Shown here: in pieces, positions 30,521 through 39,860 of the stretch
How positions within the stretch are numbered: position 1 is the stretch's first letter
Layout: the number at the start of each line of letters is the position of its first letter
NCBI GenBank assembly: GCA_963695545.1
Contig: OY968796.1
Location: 3,680,001-3,744,000, forward strand
From: Terriglobia bacterium
GTDB lineage: Bacteria > Acidobacteriota > Terriglobia > Acidiferrales > UBA7541
Reading direction: 5' to 3'
DNA: 64,000 bases
Notes under the pieces: model-generated
Seen by the model: only the letters and a program-made list of their open reading frames with translations
Told to the model about the DNA's origin: nothing
The model's database searches: none
Program-made: the position numbers and the translations under genes

Positions 30521-31312
30521 ATGGAAATCCGGCCCGGCATCACCCTGGCGAACCTGAGCGACATCGGCTGCGTGCGGGAGAACAACGAGGATTATTACTG
30601 CTACGCCGAGCCGGAAAGCGAAGAGGAATTTTCCAAGCGCGGCCGCCTGGCCATCATCGCCGATGGAATGGGCGGATATGAAGGCGGACAGATCGCCAGC
30701 CATATGGCGGTGGAGATTGTCCGCGACGCCTACCTTAAAGATCTCGATGCCGACCCGCTCGACGCTCTTCTTGAAGGGTTTCGCTTAGCCCACCAGCAGA
30801 TTCTCGCAAAGGCCCGCGAGAGCGAATTGCTAGACGGCATGGGCACCACCTGCACGGCCGCGGTGATCCTCGGAAAAAATCTGATCTACGCGCACGTGGG
30901 CGATAGCCGGCTTTATTTGCTGCGCGGGCCGGACATTTTCCAGATCACGCGCGACCATTCCTACGTGAACAAGATGGTTGAGGCGGGCATGCTGACGCCC
31001 GAAGAAGCCGAGCATCATCCACAGAAAAATGTTCTGATGATGGCGCTCGGCGCGTCGAAAGAAATTCGCGCGGATTGCCCGGCCGAGCCGATGCCGCTCG
31101 AGCCCGGCGATACGCTATTGATGTGCACCGACGGATTGTCCGGGCTCGTTAGCAATCAGGAATTTCAGGAAGCGGTGAACGGCAAACCGCTCGACCAGGC
31201 TTGCAAGGCTCTAATCGATCTCGCAAAATCGCGCGGTGGACACGATAATATCACCGTGCAGCTTTTGCGCGTGGCGTCGGAAGGAATGCGCAAAACGCTG
31301 ATCGAGGAATAG
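30521..31312 (+). CDS. Stp1-type PP2C Ser/Thr phosphatase
   Basis: RENNED, ADGMGG, MGTT, HVGDSRLY, TRDHS, CTDGL and GGHDNIT. Confidence 0.94.
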   Translation: MEIRPGITLANLSDIGCVRENNEDYYCYAEPESEEEFSKRGRLAIIADGMGGYEGGQIASHMAVEIVRDAYLKDLDADPLDALLEGFRLAHQQILAKARESELLDGMGTTCTAAVILGKNLIYAHVGDSRLYLLRGPDIFQITRDHSYVNKMVEAGMLTPEEAEHHPQKNVLMMALGASKEIRADCPAEPMPLEPGDTLLMCTDGLSGLVSNQEFQEAVNGKPLDQACKALIDLAKSRGGHDNITVQLLRVASEGMRKTLIEE

Positions 31313-31359
31313 GCCGAGCAGAACGCGGCGCCGCGCTTAGGTGACTTGAACAAGAAGCC

Positions 31360-33471
31360 ATGGACTTGATCGGGACCCAAATCGGCAGTTATCAGATCGT
31401 CGAGAAAATCGGCGAAGGCGGCATGGGCGTGGTCTACCGGGGCGTAGACGTCACGCTCGACCGGCCCGTGGCGATCAAAGTGCTCTCGCAGGAATTGGTG
31501 GGCACACCCGCCCTGGTGGAACGCTTTCGCGCTGAGGCGCGCGCGCAAGCCAATTTAAATCACACGAACATCGCCACGCTGTACAGTTTCATGCAGGTCA
31601 ATGGCGTTTGCGTGATGGTCATGGAGCTGCTCGACGGCGAGACCTTCGACCAAATCATTCGGCGCCGCGGAGTGATTCCCGCCGAAGAAGCTGTGCCGCT
31701 CTTTCGCCAGGCGCTTCTGGGCATCGGCTTCGCGCACCGCATGGGCATCGTTCACCGCGATATCAAGCCCAGCAACATCATGCTGACCAAATCCGGAATC
31801 GTGAAGGTGATGGATTTCGGAATTGCCAAGGTGCTGGGCGGTCAGCGCATGACGCGTACCGGAACGCGCATGGGAACCGTCGCGTACATGTCGCCCGAGC
31901 AGATTCGCAACATGCCGGTGGACATCCGCTCCGACATTTACAGCCTCGGCGCGACACTCTATGAAATGTTTACGGCTCACCTGCCCTTTGAGAGCGAAAG
32001 CGATTTCCAGGTGATGTCTGATCACGTGAATACGCCGCCGACGCCGCCCACACGCTACTACCCTTATATCGCGCCAGGATTTGAGCAGTGCGTGTTGAAG
32101 TCCCTGGCGAAAAACCCGGACCAGCGATTCCAAACTGTCGAAGAATTCGGTGCAGGTCTTGAGCATCCCTTGGGCTTGCCGGGCTACGTTCCGGTAATGC
32201 CCGTTCAAGGACAATGGGTGCAGCCAGCTCCTTCTGTGATGCCAGCCGGAGGTTGGACTCCGCCCGGTACTCCGACAGGCCAGCCCGCAGGCGGAGGTTG
32301 GACTCCGACGGGCGCCTCCCCGGGCGGCCAATGGACACCGCCGGGAACGCCGCCTCCACCGCCGGCGCGAGGTTGGACTCCTCCGCCGGGGACGCCGCCT
32401 GGAGGAACGTATCCCGGTGCGCCCGCCGCAGCGCAACCCTCGATGGGCGGGGCAACTTGGATTGGAGATGGCCCTCCCGGTTCGGGACCCGCGTATGTCC
32501 CCGGGATGGCCGGCGCGACGCAGGCGCCCTTCCCACCCGGGCCGGGCACTGGTGCGCCGACCACGGCGGCATCGAGCGGGCCTTCCAAGAACGTGATTTT
32601 CGCCATTATCGGCGCCGCAGCGCTTCTCCTGATTATCCTGGGCGTCGCAGTTGCGCACTTCCGCAGCTCATCCGACGCAGATGGCGGCGGCAACTCGTCC
32701 TCTCCGTACGCGGGCGGAGGTGGCGGCGGATCCACTGGCGGCGGATCGAGCTCGGGTGGCGGCAGCAGCAGCGCGAGTAGCGGCAGCGGGAGTAGCGCGT
32801 CGAACCAGACTCCAGCGCCGGCGATCAGCTCCGGTGAAAGTGGCAACGGCGCGGGCGGTCTTTCCGGCGGGAGCAACGGCGGAAGCAGCGGTGCCGCCGG
32901 GCTCGTTCCGCAACCCACTTCACCGTCTTCTCCGTCTTCGCCTGCGGGCGGAAACGGCGGGTCGACTCACGCTGCGCCTCCGCGCAAGAGCGCCGCGAAT
33001 GCTAACCCGCCGCCCCCAACCTCAGCGTCCCCGCCCGCAGCGCCAGCGGAATCGACGAATCCAGCGCCGCCCGTCGCTCCGTCAGCAGCACCGACGCCGG
33101 CCAGGGCCACCCCGGCGCCGGCTCCCGCGGCGTCAGCTCCGACGACCGCGGGGTCTCACCGATACTTTGTTCAGCACCGGCATCTCTCCATCGACTTCAA
33201 AAGCAAGACTGGAACTTCGCAATCCTACTGCGAGGGATATTTGACCGTTAACTCTGACGGGACGGGCAGCTACTACTGCACGCAAACTTTCGATGGCCGC
33301 TGCGACCGCGTGGCGTTTGGCGCAGGTTCGATCCACGAAGTCAAAGTCAATGGCACCCAACTGCATCTTTCATCGTCGTACGGCAACTACGACTTTTACG
33401 GAACCGGCGCGTCCGCTGCCTCTGACATGCAGGCCGCGTTCCAGACCCTCTCTCAAACCGTAAAACATTAG
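31360..33471 (+). CDS. transmembrane Hanks-type Ser/Thr protein kinase
   Basis: GEGGMG, VAIK, HRDIKPSN, DFG and YMSPEQ; Pro/Gly linker, TM, and a Cys-containing C-terminal domain. Confidence 0.94.
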   Translation: MDLIGTQIGSYQIVEKIGEGGMGVVYRGVDVTLDRPVAIKVLSQELVGTPALVERFRAEARAQANLNHTNIATLYSFMQVNGVCVMVMELLDGETFDQIIRRRGVIPAEEAVPLFRQALLGIGFAHRMGIVHRDIKPSNIMLTKSGIVKVMDFGIAKVLGGQRMTRTGTRMGTVAYMSPEQIRNMPVDIRSDIYSLGATLYEMFTAHLPFESESDFQVMSDHVNTPPTPPTRYYPYIAPGFEQCVLKSLAKNPDQRFQTVEEFGAGLEHPLGLPGYVPVMPVQGQWVQPAPSVMPAGGWTPPGTPTGQPAGGGWTPTGASPGGQWTPPGTPPPPPARGWTPPPGTPPGGTYPGAPAAAQPSMGGATWIGDGPPGSGPAYVPGMAGATQAPFPPGPGTGAPTTAASSGPSKNVIFAIIGAAALLLIILGVAVAHFRSSSDADGGGNSSSPYAGGGGGGSTGGGSSSGGGSSSASSGSGSSASNQTPAPAISSGESGNGAGGLSGGSNGGSSGAAGLVPQPTSPSSPSSPAGGNGGSTHAAPPRKSAANANPPPPTSASPPAAPAESTNPAPPVAPSAAPTPARATPAPAPAASAPTTAGSHRYFVQHRHLSIDFKSKTGTSQSYCEGYLTVNSDGTGSYYCTQTFDGRCDRVAFGAGSIHEVKVNGTQLHLSSSYGNYDFYGTGASAASDMQAAFQTLSQTVKH

Positions 33472-33630
33472 TCATGTTTTTCGCTCGGCCATCGCGGCTC
33501 GCGCGGACGCCGCGTCGAATGGTGTTAACCAATTCGGACGCCTCGCTCGATCTGCTCGATGCTTTCGCCACGCTCAGAGCTACATTGTTGGCGTTCGGGC
33601 TAGAGCAATTGCCCCGGCGAACAGGAAAAT

Positions 33631-34026
33631 ATGAGCCGCATTTTCGAGGCAATCAGGAAGGCGCAACAAGATCGCGAGGAACGGGCGCATCGGGAACCCG
33701 CCGCAATCGGACCCGGCCCGCGCTCTGACCGGCGCAGGAGCCGGCGATGGACGCTCGATGTGCCGGTGTTTGTGTACGGGCACAGCACGGCGCAGGAGCC
33801 GTTTCACGAGGAGGCTCATACGCTCGACGTCAGTGCGAATGGCGCTCTCTTAATGCTCGGCGCAAGCGTGCAGGCGGGACAAAAACTTTTGCTGATCAAC
33901 AAAACGACGCAGACGGAACAGGAATGCCGCGTGGTGTATCTGGGCGCGCGGCGCACGTCGTCGGCCGCGGTGGCCGTAGAGTTTGGTCAAGCGAACGCGC
34001 CGTTCTGGCAAATCTCGGCGCGCTGA
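33631..34026 (+). CDS. PilZ-domain protein
   Basis: RRRSRR (RxxxR) and DVSANG (DxSxxG); N-terminal MSRIFEAIRKA helix. Confidence 0.75.
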   Translation: MSRIFEAIRKAQQDREERAHREPAAIGPGPRSDRRRSRRWTLDVPVFVYGHSTAQEPFHEEAHTLDVSANGALLMLGASVQAGQKLLLINKTTQTEQECRVVYLGARRTSSAAVAVEFGQANAPFWQISAR

Positions 34027-34112
34027 GTGCGGCTCGATCCCGCTACGGCGCGACGTTAATGAGCGCGCGAACCTGAACCGCGCGGTGTTGACGATCGTCG
34101 CCTACAAATTCC

Positions 34113-34799
34113 TCACGAAATCTTGCCGAGATACAGGGCCATCCCCACGGCCGAATCCATTTTCAATTTTTCGAGCGCGCGGATTTCCCGTTGACTGCGA
34201 ATTCCGCCGGCCGCAGTGATTGGCAATCGCGTGGCGCGGCGCAGGCTGCGAAACCAAGCGAGGTTCGTGCCGCGCATCGTGCCCTCGGTATCGACATAAG
34301 TGCACAGAAATTCCGAAGCGTAAGGCTCGAGCTCCGCGAGGACGTCGCGCGGTTCAAGACGCAATCGCTCGCGCCAACCTCGCACCAAGATCCGGCCGCG
34401 CTCCGTATCGAGCGCAATCACCAATCGCCGCCGGCCGCACGCTGCGACCAAGCGCCGCAAGAAGGCGTGATTCACGCGGCCGTTGCGGAACGCCGCGCTG
34501 CCAACAATCACTTTTTCCGCTCCCCAAGCGGCGATTCGCCGCGCTTGCGCCACGCTGCGAATTCCTCCGCCGACGCGCACGCGCATGCCCGCGCGCCGCG
34601 CCGCGCGACACACTTGGCGCACCAGGCGCGCGTTCGAACCTTTGCGCATCGCCGCATCGAGATCGATTATGTGCAGGCGAGGGTAGACACTGAATCGATT
34701 GACGAGACCGAGCACGTCATCCACGGCCAAGCGCCGCTTGCGGCCGTGAACGAGTTGCACGGCGCGGCCGTCCTGAAGATCGATGCATGGAACAAGCAT
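34113..34799 (-). CDS. hisA: ProFAR isomerase
   Basis: PCIDL..G.AVQL, IIDLDAA, VGGGIRS, DTEGTMRG and AAGGIRS; his operon context. Confidence 0.85.
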   Translation of the reverse strand: MLVPCIDLQDGRAVQLVHGRKRRLAVDDVLGLVNRFSVYPRLHIIDLDAAMRKGSNARLVRQVCRAARRAGMRVRVGGGIRSVAQARRIAAWGAEKVIVGSAAFRNGRVNHAFLRRLVAACGRRRLVIALDTERGRILVRGWRERLRLEPRDVLAELEPYASEFLCTYVDTEGTMRGTNLAWFRSLRRATRLPITAAGGIRSQREIRALEKLKMDSAVGMALYLGKIS

Positions 34800-34806
34800 G
34801 ATTGTG

Positions 34807-35571
34807 TTACGCGCTCACGCGCATCGGGACGCCGCGTTCAGCCAGAAATCGCTTGAGCGCGCCGAACCCCTGCAAGTTATCGTGGAAAATCGAGGCGGCC
34901 AGCGCAGCATCGGCTTTGCCCTTCTCGAAGACGTCGAGAAAATCCTGCGGCGTGTCCGCGCCACCCGAAGCGATCACGGGCACCGAAACCGTTTCCGATA
35001 CCGCCGCGGTCAACTCGCAGTCGAAACCTTGGCGAGTGCCGTCGCGATCCATCGAAGTCAGCAGAATTTCGCCTGCGCCGCGCTCGACACCTTCGTGCGC
35101 CCAAGCCACGGCGTCAAGATCGGTGGCTTCGTGGCCGCCGCGCACATAGGCGCGCCAACTTTTGCCGTCGCGGCGCGCGTCAATCGCCAGCACCACGGCT
35201 TGCGCGCCGAATTCCGCAGCCAGTTCGGTAAGCAACTCCGGGCGCCGGATCGCGGCGGTATTCACCGTCACTTTGTCCGCACCGGCGCGCAAAATCGATT
35301 GGCCGTCCTCCAGTGTATTGATTCCACCGCCGGCGCTGAGCGGAATCGCGAGCTCGGCGGCCACACGGCGAATCGTTTCGAGGAAAGTCGGTCGATGATC
35401 GCGCGATGCGGCGATATCGAGAACCACCAATTCGTCGGCGCCTTCGCGGTTGTAGCGCGCCGCGAGTTCCGCGGGATCGCCGGCATCGCGGAGGTGGATG
35501 AACTGCACACCCTTCACGACGCGACTGCCGTCGGTATCAAGGCACGGAATAATGCGACGCGCGAGGCTCAT
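34807..35571 (-). CDS. hisF: imidazole glycerol phosphate synthase, cyclase subunit
   Basis: RIIPCLD, VVKGVQF, GAGEILLTSMDRDGT and ALAASIFH. Confidence 0.96.
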   Translation of the reverse strand: MSLARRIIPCLDTDGSRVVKGVQFIHLRDAGDPAELAARYNREGADELVVLDIAASRDHRPTFLETIRRVAAELAIPLSAGGGINTLEDGQSILRAGADKVTVNTAAIRRPELLTELAAEFGAQAVVLAIDARRDGKSWRAYVRGGHEATDLDAVAWAHEGVERGAGEILLTSMDRDGTRQGFDCELTAAVSETVSVPVIASGGADTPQDFLDVFEKGKADAALAASIFHDNLQGFGALKRFLAERGVPMRVSA

Positions 35572-36233
35572 CGCGCCGCACCGCGGTTTTTCTGGCCGCT
35601 GCCGTTCTGCGCGTACCGCGCGGCCAGTCGCAGGAAATTATCAAGCAACTTCGCGCCGGCCTGACCGGATTTTTCCGGATGGAATTGCACCCCGAAGATA
35701 TTGCCGCTCTCGACCACGGCGACGAAACGCCCGCCGTGATCGCAGAGCGCCGATTCGGCGTGGTCCAGTTCCGTTGCGCCGGGCAGTGCCGCGAACGAGT
35801 TGGCAAAGTAAAAATACGCATCGATTGGCACGCCCTCGAGCAAGCGAGCCGGTTCGCGCCGCTCGAGCTGATTCCATCCCATGTGCGGCAATTTCGCCGT
35901 TGGCGGAAGCGCAGCCACGCGTCCGGGAAAAATGCCGAGACCGCGATCTTCGGGCGCTTCATCGCTTGCGGAAAATAGGGCCTGCAGGCCCAAACAAATG
36001 CCGAGAAACGGCACGCCGCGAGAAATGCGTTCGCGCAAAGGGTCGATCATTCCGCGCTCGCCGAGTTGCCGCATCAGCGCGCCGAAATGGCCAACGCCGG
36101 GCAGAATGATGGCTTCCGCGTCGCCGAGCGCCTCCGGAGCGGGCGCGCGAAACGTGTCGGCGCCCAAGCGCGCAAGGGCGCGCTCAACCGAAGGCAAATT
36201 GCCCGCGCCGTATTCAACTAGCGCAATTTTCAT
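35568..36233 (-). CDS. hisH: imidazole glycerol phosphate synthase, glutaminase subunit
   Basis: LPGVGHF, GICLGLQ, PHMGWN and QFHPEKSG. Confidence 0.95.
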   Translation of the reverse strand: MKIALVEYGAGNLPSVERALARLGADTFRAPAPEALGDAEAIILPGVGHFGALMRQLGERGMIDPLRERISRGVPFLGICLGLQALFSASDEAPEDRGLGIFPGRVAALPPTAKLPHMGWNQLERREPARLLEGVPIDAYFYFANSFAALPGATELDHAESALCDHGGRFVAVVESGNIFGVQFHPEKSGQAGAKLLDNFLRLAARYAQNGSGQKNRGAAR

Positions 36234-36817
36234 ATCAAGCCCTTGGTCGAAGGCAGAATGCGTTTCATCTGCGGATCGCGCGCCGCCGCGAAGCGCAACG
36301 CCCGCGCAAACGCTTTGAATATGGCTTCCACCTGATGATGTGTTGAGCGGCCGTAAATCAGGCGCGCATGGACGTTGGCGCGCGCAGCCTGCGCGAAGCC
36401 ACCGAGAAAATCCTCCACCAGCTCGGTTTGAAAATCTCCGACGCGCGCGGCGGAAAACTTGCACCGGCAAACGCAGTGCGGCCGTCCGCTGAAATCGATG
36501 GCCACGGAAGCCAACGTTTCATCCATGGGCATCAGGCTGTAGCCCGCGCGCAGAATGCCGCGTTTCGATCCCAATGCTTTGGTCACCGCTTCGCCCAGCG
36601 CGATGCCGCAATCTTCGACGGTGTGGTGTTGATCGACATCCAGATCGCCGCGCGCCGCAAGCTCCAAATCCATCGCACCGTGGCGCGCGACAAGTTGCAA
36701 CATGTGGTCGAAAAAGCGAATGCCCGTCGAGACGCGCGCACGTCCGCGCCCGTCGAGATTTAGGCGCAGGCGGACGTCGGTCTCGCTGGTTTTGCGGTGC
36801 AGCTGTGCGCGCCTCAT
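36230..36817 (-). CDS. hisB: imidazoleglycerol-phosphate dehydratase (monofunctional)
   Basis: FFDHML, GDLDVDQHHTVED, PMDE, HHQVEAIFKA and PSTKG. Confidence 0.95.
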   Translation of the reverse strand: MRRAQLHRKTSETDVRLRLNLDGRGRARVSTGIRFFDHMLQLVARHGAMDLELAARGDLDVDQHHTVEDCGIALGEAVTKALGSKRGILRAGYSLMPMDETLASVAIDFSGRPHCVCRCKFSAARVGDFQTELVEDFLGGFAQAARANVHARLIYGRSTHHQVEAIFKAFARALRFAAARDPQMKRILPSTKGLI

Positions 36818-37506
36818 ATCCAATATTTCTCCAGTTCGATGGCTTTGTCCAAGATGCGCAACGCTCCGAATTTCCGCAGCAGGCCGGCGCGAATGCGCCG
36901 CGCTTTGGGAGTTCCGCCGCCCGGAAGCACGCCGAAAAACGGCACGCCCGCGCGCTGCGATGACAACGCATCATCCACGTTGTCGCCCAAATAGACGGCG
37001 TCGCGCGGATTGAGCTTTCCGAGCACCCGCAACAACCCCTCGGGATCGGGCTTAAGCCGGTCGACGTCGTCCATCGTGACGATCTTCGTGAAATATTGCC
37101 GCATCTTCAATCGGTCGAGCGTGTGATGCAGCTCCGTTCGCGTTCGCCCCGTAAATAATGCAAGCGGCGCGCGCCGTGACCATCGCTCGAGGCGCGCGCG
37201 CGGCACCAGCCATCGCTCGCGCGTCACGTTGCCCGGACATCCCTTTTCTCCCCAGTAGAATTTCATGAACTGCCTCTTCACCGTCGCGTAGCTGACTTTT
37301 CCGCCGAGCGACGCAATCCAGGCGGTCGAAAGGCGCCAATCGTCGTTGTAGCCGCCGCGATTTTTCCACGCGGAGATTTCGGCGTAGGTTACGCGGCGAC
37401 CCGTGAAATACCGTACGGTGTCGAGAATCGACTTGTGAAACGAACCGCGCACATCCACCAGCACGCCGTCCACGTCGAAAATCAAAAGCTGCGGCGAGAT
37501 GCGCAT
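36814..37506 (-). CDS. HAD-family hydrolase, putative histidinol-phosphate phosphatase
   Basis: FDVDGVL, TGR, KPDPEG and GDNVDD; translationally coupled between hisC and hisB. Confidence 0.75.
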   Translation of the reverse strand: MRISPQLLIFDVDGVLVDVRGSFHKSILDTVRYFTGRRVTYAEISAWKNRGGYNDDWRLSTAWIASLGGKVSYATVKRQFMKFYWGEKGCPGNVTRERWLVPRARLERWSRRAPLALFTGRTRTELHHTLDRLKMRQYFTKIVTMDDVDRLKPDPEGLLRVLGKLNPRDAVYLGDNVDDALSSQRAGVPFFGVLPGGGTPKARRIRAGLLRKFGALRILDKAIELEKYWI

Positions 37507-38597
37507 CACCGCGAATCCTTGAACACATGGATGGCGCGCAGCAGACGATCGTTCTGCTCCGCCGTGCCCACTGTGATGCGCACGAATCCTTCGCGCCCGA
37601 ATTCCGCAGCGCGGTCGCGCAGCAAGATGCCTTGGCGCGCAAGGCGCTTCACCATGCGCGTGGCGTCCTTGCCGAAATCCACGAGCAGAAAATTCGCCTC
37701 GCTTGGAAAAACGCGCGCGCCCATATTTTCAAGACTCATCATCAGTGGCGCGCGATTGCGCACAACCTCTTCGGCGTAGGCGCGCAGCGCGCGCGGCTCG
37801 CGGATCACGGCTTCGGCTGCAACTAGCGCTGCCGTGTTTACTGGATACGGCGAATCGGCGCGCTTGAGCGCCGCAATCATTTCTGACGCGGCAAACAAGC
37901 AACCCAATCGCAATCCCGCCAGAGCCGCCGTCTTTGAAAATGTGCGCGAGACAACCAGATTGGGATATCGGCGAATCCACGGCAGCACCGACACGCCCGA
38001 AAACTCGAAGTATGCCTCGTCCACAAGCACCAGCGTTCGCGGCGCTGCCTGCAGAAGCGCGCGAATCTGTTCCTGCGACACAAGCGTTCCGGTGGGATTG
38101 TTCGGATTCGCGATCAGAAGCGCGCGGGGCTTGCGCTTCAACTCCCGCAGCACTCGTTCCTGCGGAAAACGCGTGTCGGCTTCGTAGCGCATCTCGATGT
38201 CGTACCGGAGCGCGCGAATTCGAGCGCCGGCGAGCTGCGCGTAAAACCGGTACATGTTAAATGTGGGCTCGACGATCACAACTGTGCTGCCAGGTTCGAC
38301 AAACGTGTCCATCAGAACGTGCAGCGCGTCGTCCACGCCATTGGTGAGAAGCAATTCATCGGGCCGCACTTTGAAAAATCGAGCGAGGCGCGCCGCCGCC
38401 GCTTCGTACTCCGGATAGATCGCGATCTGCTCGGGCGTGAGCTTCCGCAGCGCGCGCAGCACGGCAGGCGAGCAACCTCCGGTGTTTTCGTTGAAATCGA
38501 GGCGCAACTTTCCCGCGCGCCCTTCCACCGGCGCGACATACGGCTCAAGCTCGGCGACGAAGCGGCGCAACGGAACCTTCGGCAGGCGCGCCCTCAT
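37506..38597 (-). CDS. hisC: histidinol-phosphate aminotransferase
   Basis: LDFNEN, NPNNPTG, VDEAYFEF and RTFSK..LAGLRLG. True start is ATG 38597 (MRARLP). Confidence 0.92.
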   Translation of the reverse strand: MRARLPKVPLRRFVAELEPYVAPVEGRAGKLRLDFNENTGGCSPAVLRALRKLTPEQIAIYPEYEAAAARLARFFKVRPDELLLTNGVDDALHVLMDTFVEPGSTVVIVEPTFNMYRFYAQLAGARIRALRYDIEMRYEADTRFPQERVLRELKRKPRALLIANPNNPTGTLVSQEQIRALLQAAPRTLVLVDEAYFEFSGVSVLPWIRRYPNLVVSRTFSKTAALAGLRLGCLFAASEMIAALKRADSPYPVNTAALVAAEAVIREPRALRAYAEEVVRNRAPLMMSLENMGARVFPSEANFLLVDFGKDATRMVKRLARQGILLRDRAAEFGREGFVRITVGTAEQNDRLLRAIHVFKDSR

Positions 38598-39860
38598 CGC
38601 CGCACCTCGACGCAGCGCGCGATGCGCCGCCAGATCCTTCGGCGCCGGCCAGCGCGCGAGCCACCGGCTCCAGGCTACGGAATCCCGCGCGCGATATTTG
38701 CTGCACGCTCGATGCAGCGCACAAAATCCGCCGCTCGAAAGCCCGCCGCGAACGCGCGCCCAACCGCCGGTGGGCAAAACGTGATTGGTGCCGCTCGCGT
38801 AATCGCCGATCGATTGCGCGCTCCACGGCCCCACAAAAATGCTGCCCGCCGCGCGCAATTCCGCCAAGAGAGCGCGCTCCGCGCCCGGAATGCTCAGATG
38901 TTCCGGCGCAAATGAATTCGCGAATTCGGTGGCGGCGGCGATATTCTTCGCTACCAAAATCGCGCCGTTTCGCGCGAGCGCTCGCCGCGCCGGATTCGTC
39001 GCAGGCAATCCGCGCAGCTCAGATTCCACTTCCGCCTGCACGGCCGCGGCCAGTTTCTTCGATGTCGTTACGAACAGAGCGCGCGCGTCCGGATCGTGCT
39101 CGGCCTGCGCCACCAGATCGGCGGCGATGAAACGCGCGTTCCCGCGCGTCGCGACCACGAGCACTTCGGTCGGCCCCGCCAGCATATCCATGGCGCAGTC
39201 CGCGCTCACGATGCTGTTTCGCCGCGGTGACGTATCGGTTGCCCGGGCCCGAAGATTTTATCCACGCGCGGCACCGAGTGCGTTCCGTAGGCCAGCGCGC
39301 GCGATCGCCTGCGCGCCGCCGATGCGCGCGATCTCCGTCAAGCCCAGCAGATTCCGCCGCCGCCAGCACCGCCGGGTTGGGCTTCGGGCACGCCACAACG
39401 ATTCGCTTCACTCCGGCAACTTGCGCCGGCACCGCCGTCATCAGCAGCGTTGAAACCAGCGAAAATCGTCCGCCCGGAACGTAGCAGCCGATGGCATCGA
39501 GCGGCGCGACTCGCTGCCCGACCCGCACGCCCGGCTCGACGAGCAAACTCCATTCGCGCGGCAATTGCCGCTCGGCAACGCGGCGAATGTTGCGCGCCGC
39601 GTGCTCGAGGGCACGCCACAATTCCGGCGCCACACTGCGCCGCGCCGCGCGCAATTTCTCTGCGCGCCACCCACAGCGTGCGCGGCCCGAGCGCGGCTTT
39701 GTCCAGGCGCTTGCGTCCACGCAAACAGCGCGCGTCTCCGCGCCGCTCGACATCGCGCACGATCCGCGCAGCCACGGCCAGCGCGGCGGCGATCGGCGGC
39801 GCGGCGCGCGCTCGAGAAACTTCGCCGCGACGTCGCGTGGTTGAGTGGCAGAATTCGCAT
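38594..39860 (-). pseudogene. hisD: histidinol dehydrogenase, multiply frameshifted in this sequence (likely consensus errors)
   Basis: Motifs GCYVPGG, GPGNRYV.AAK, DMLAGPTE, AQAEHD, APEHL and GDYASGTNHVLPT are spread over several reading frames. Confidence 0.85.

Noticed and set aside
25535..33471. Type VI secretion locus
   Set aside because: Only kinase, phosphatase, FHA and OmpA genes are present; there are no tss, hcp or vgrG genes.
14873..34100. tRNA-anchored integrative island or prophage
   Set aside because: I found no integrase, no phage genes and no duplicated tRNA 3' end by eye.
37506..39209. HisD-HisC fusion protein (567-aa ORF)
   Set aside because: It arises from indels near the hisD 3' end. 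hisC has its own ATG at 38597 in an ATGA overlap.
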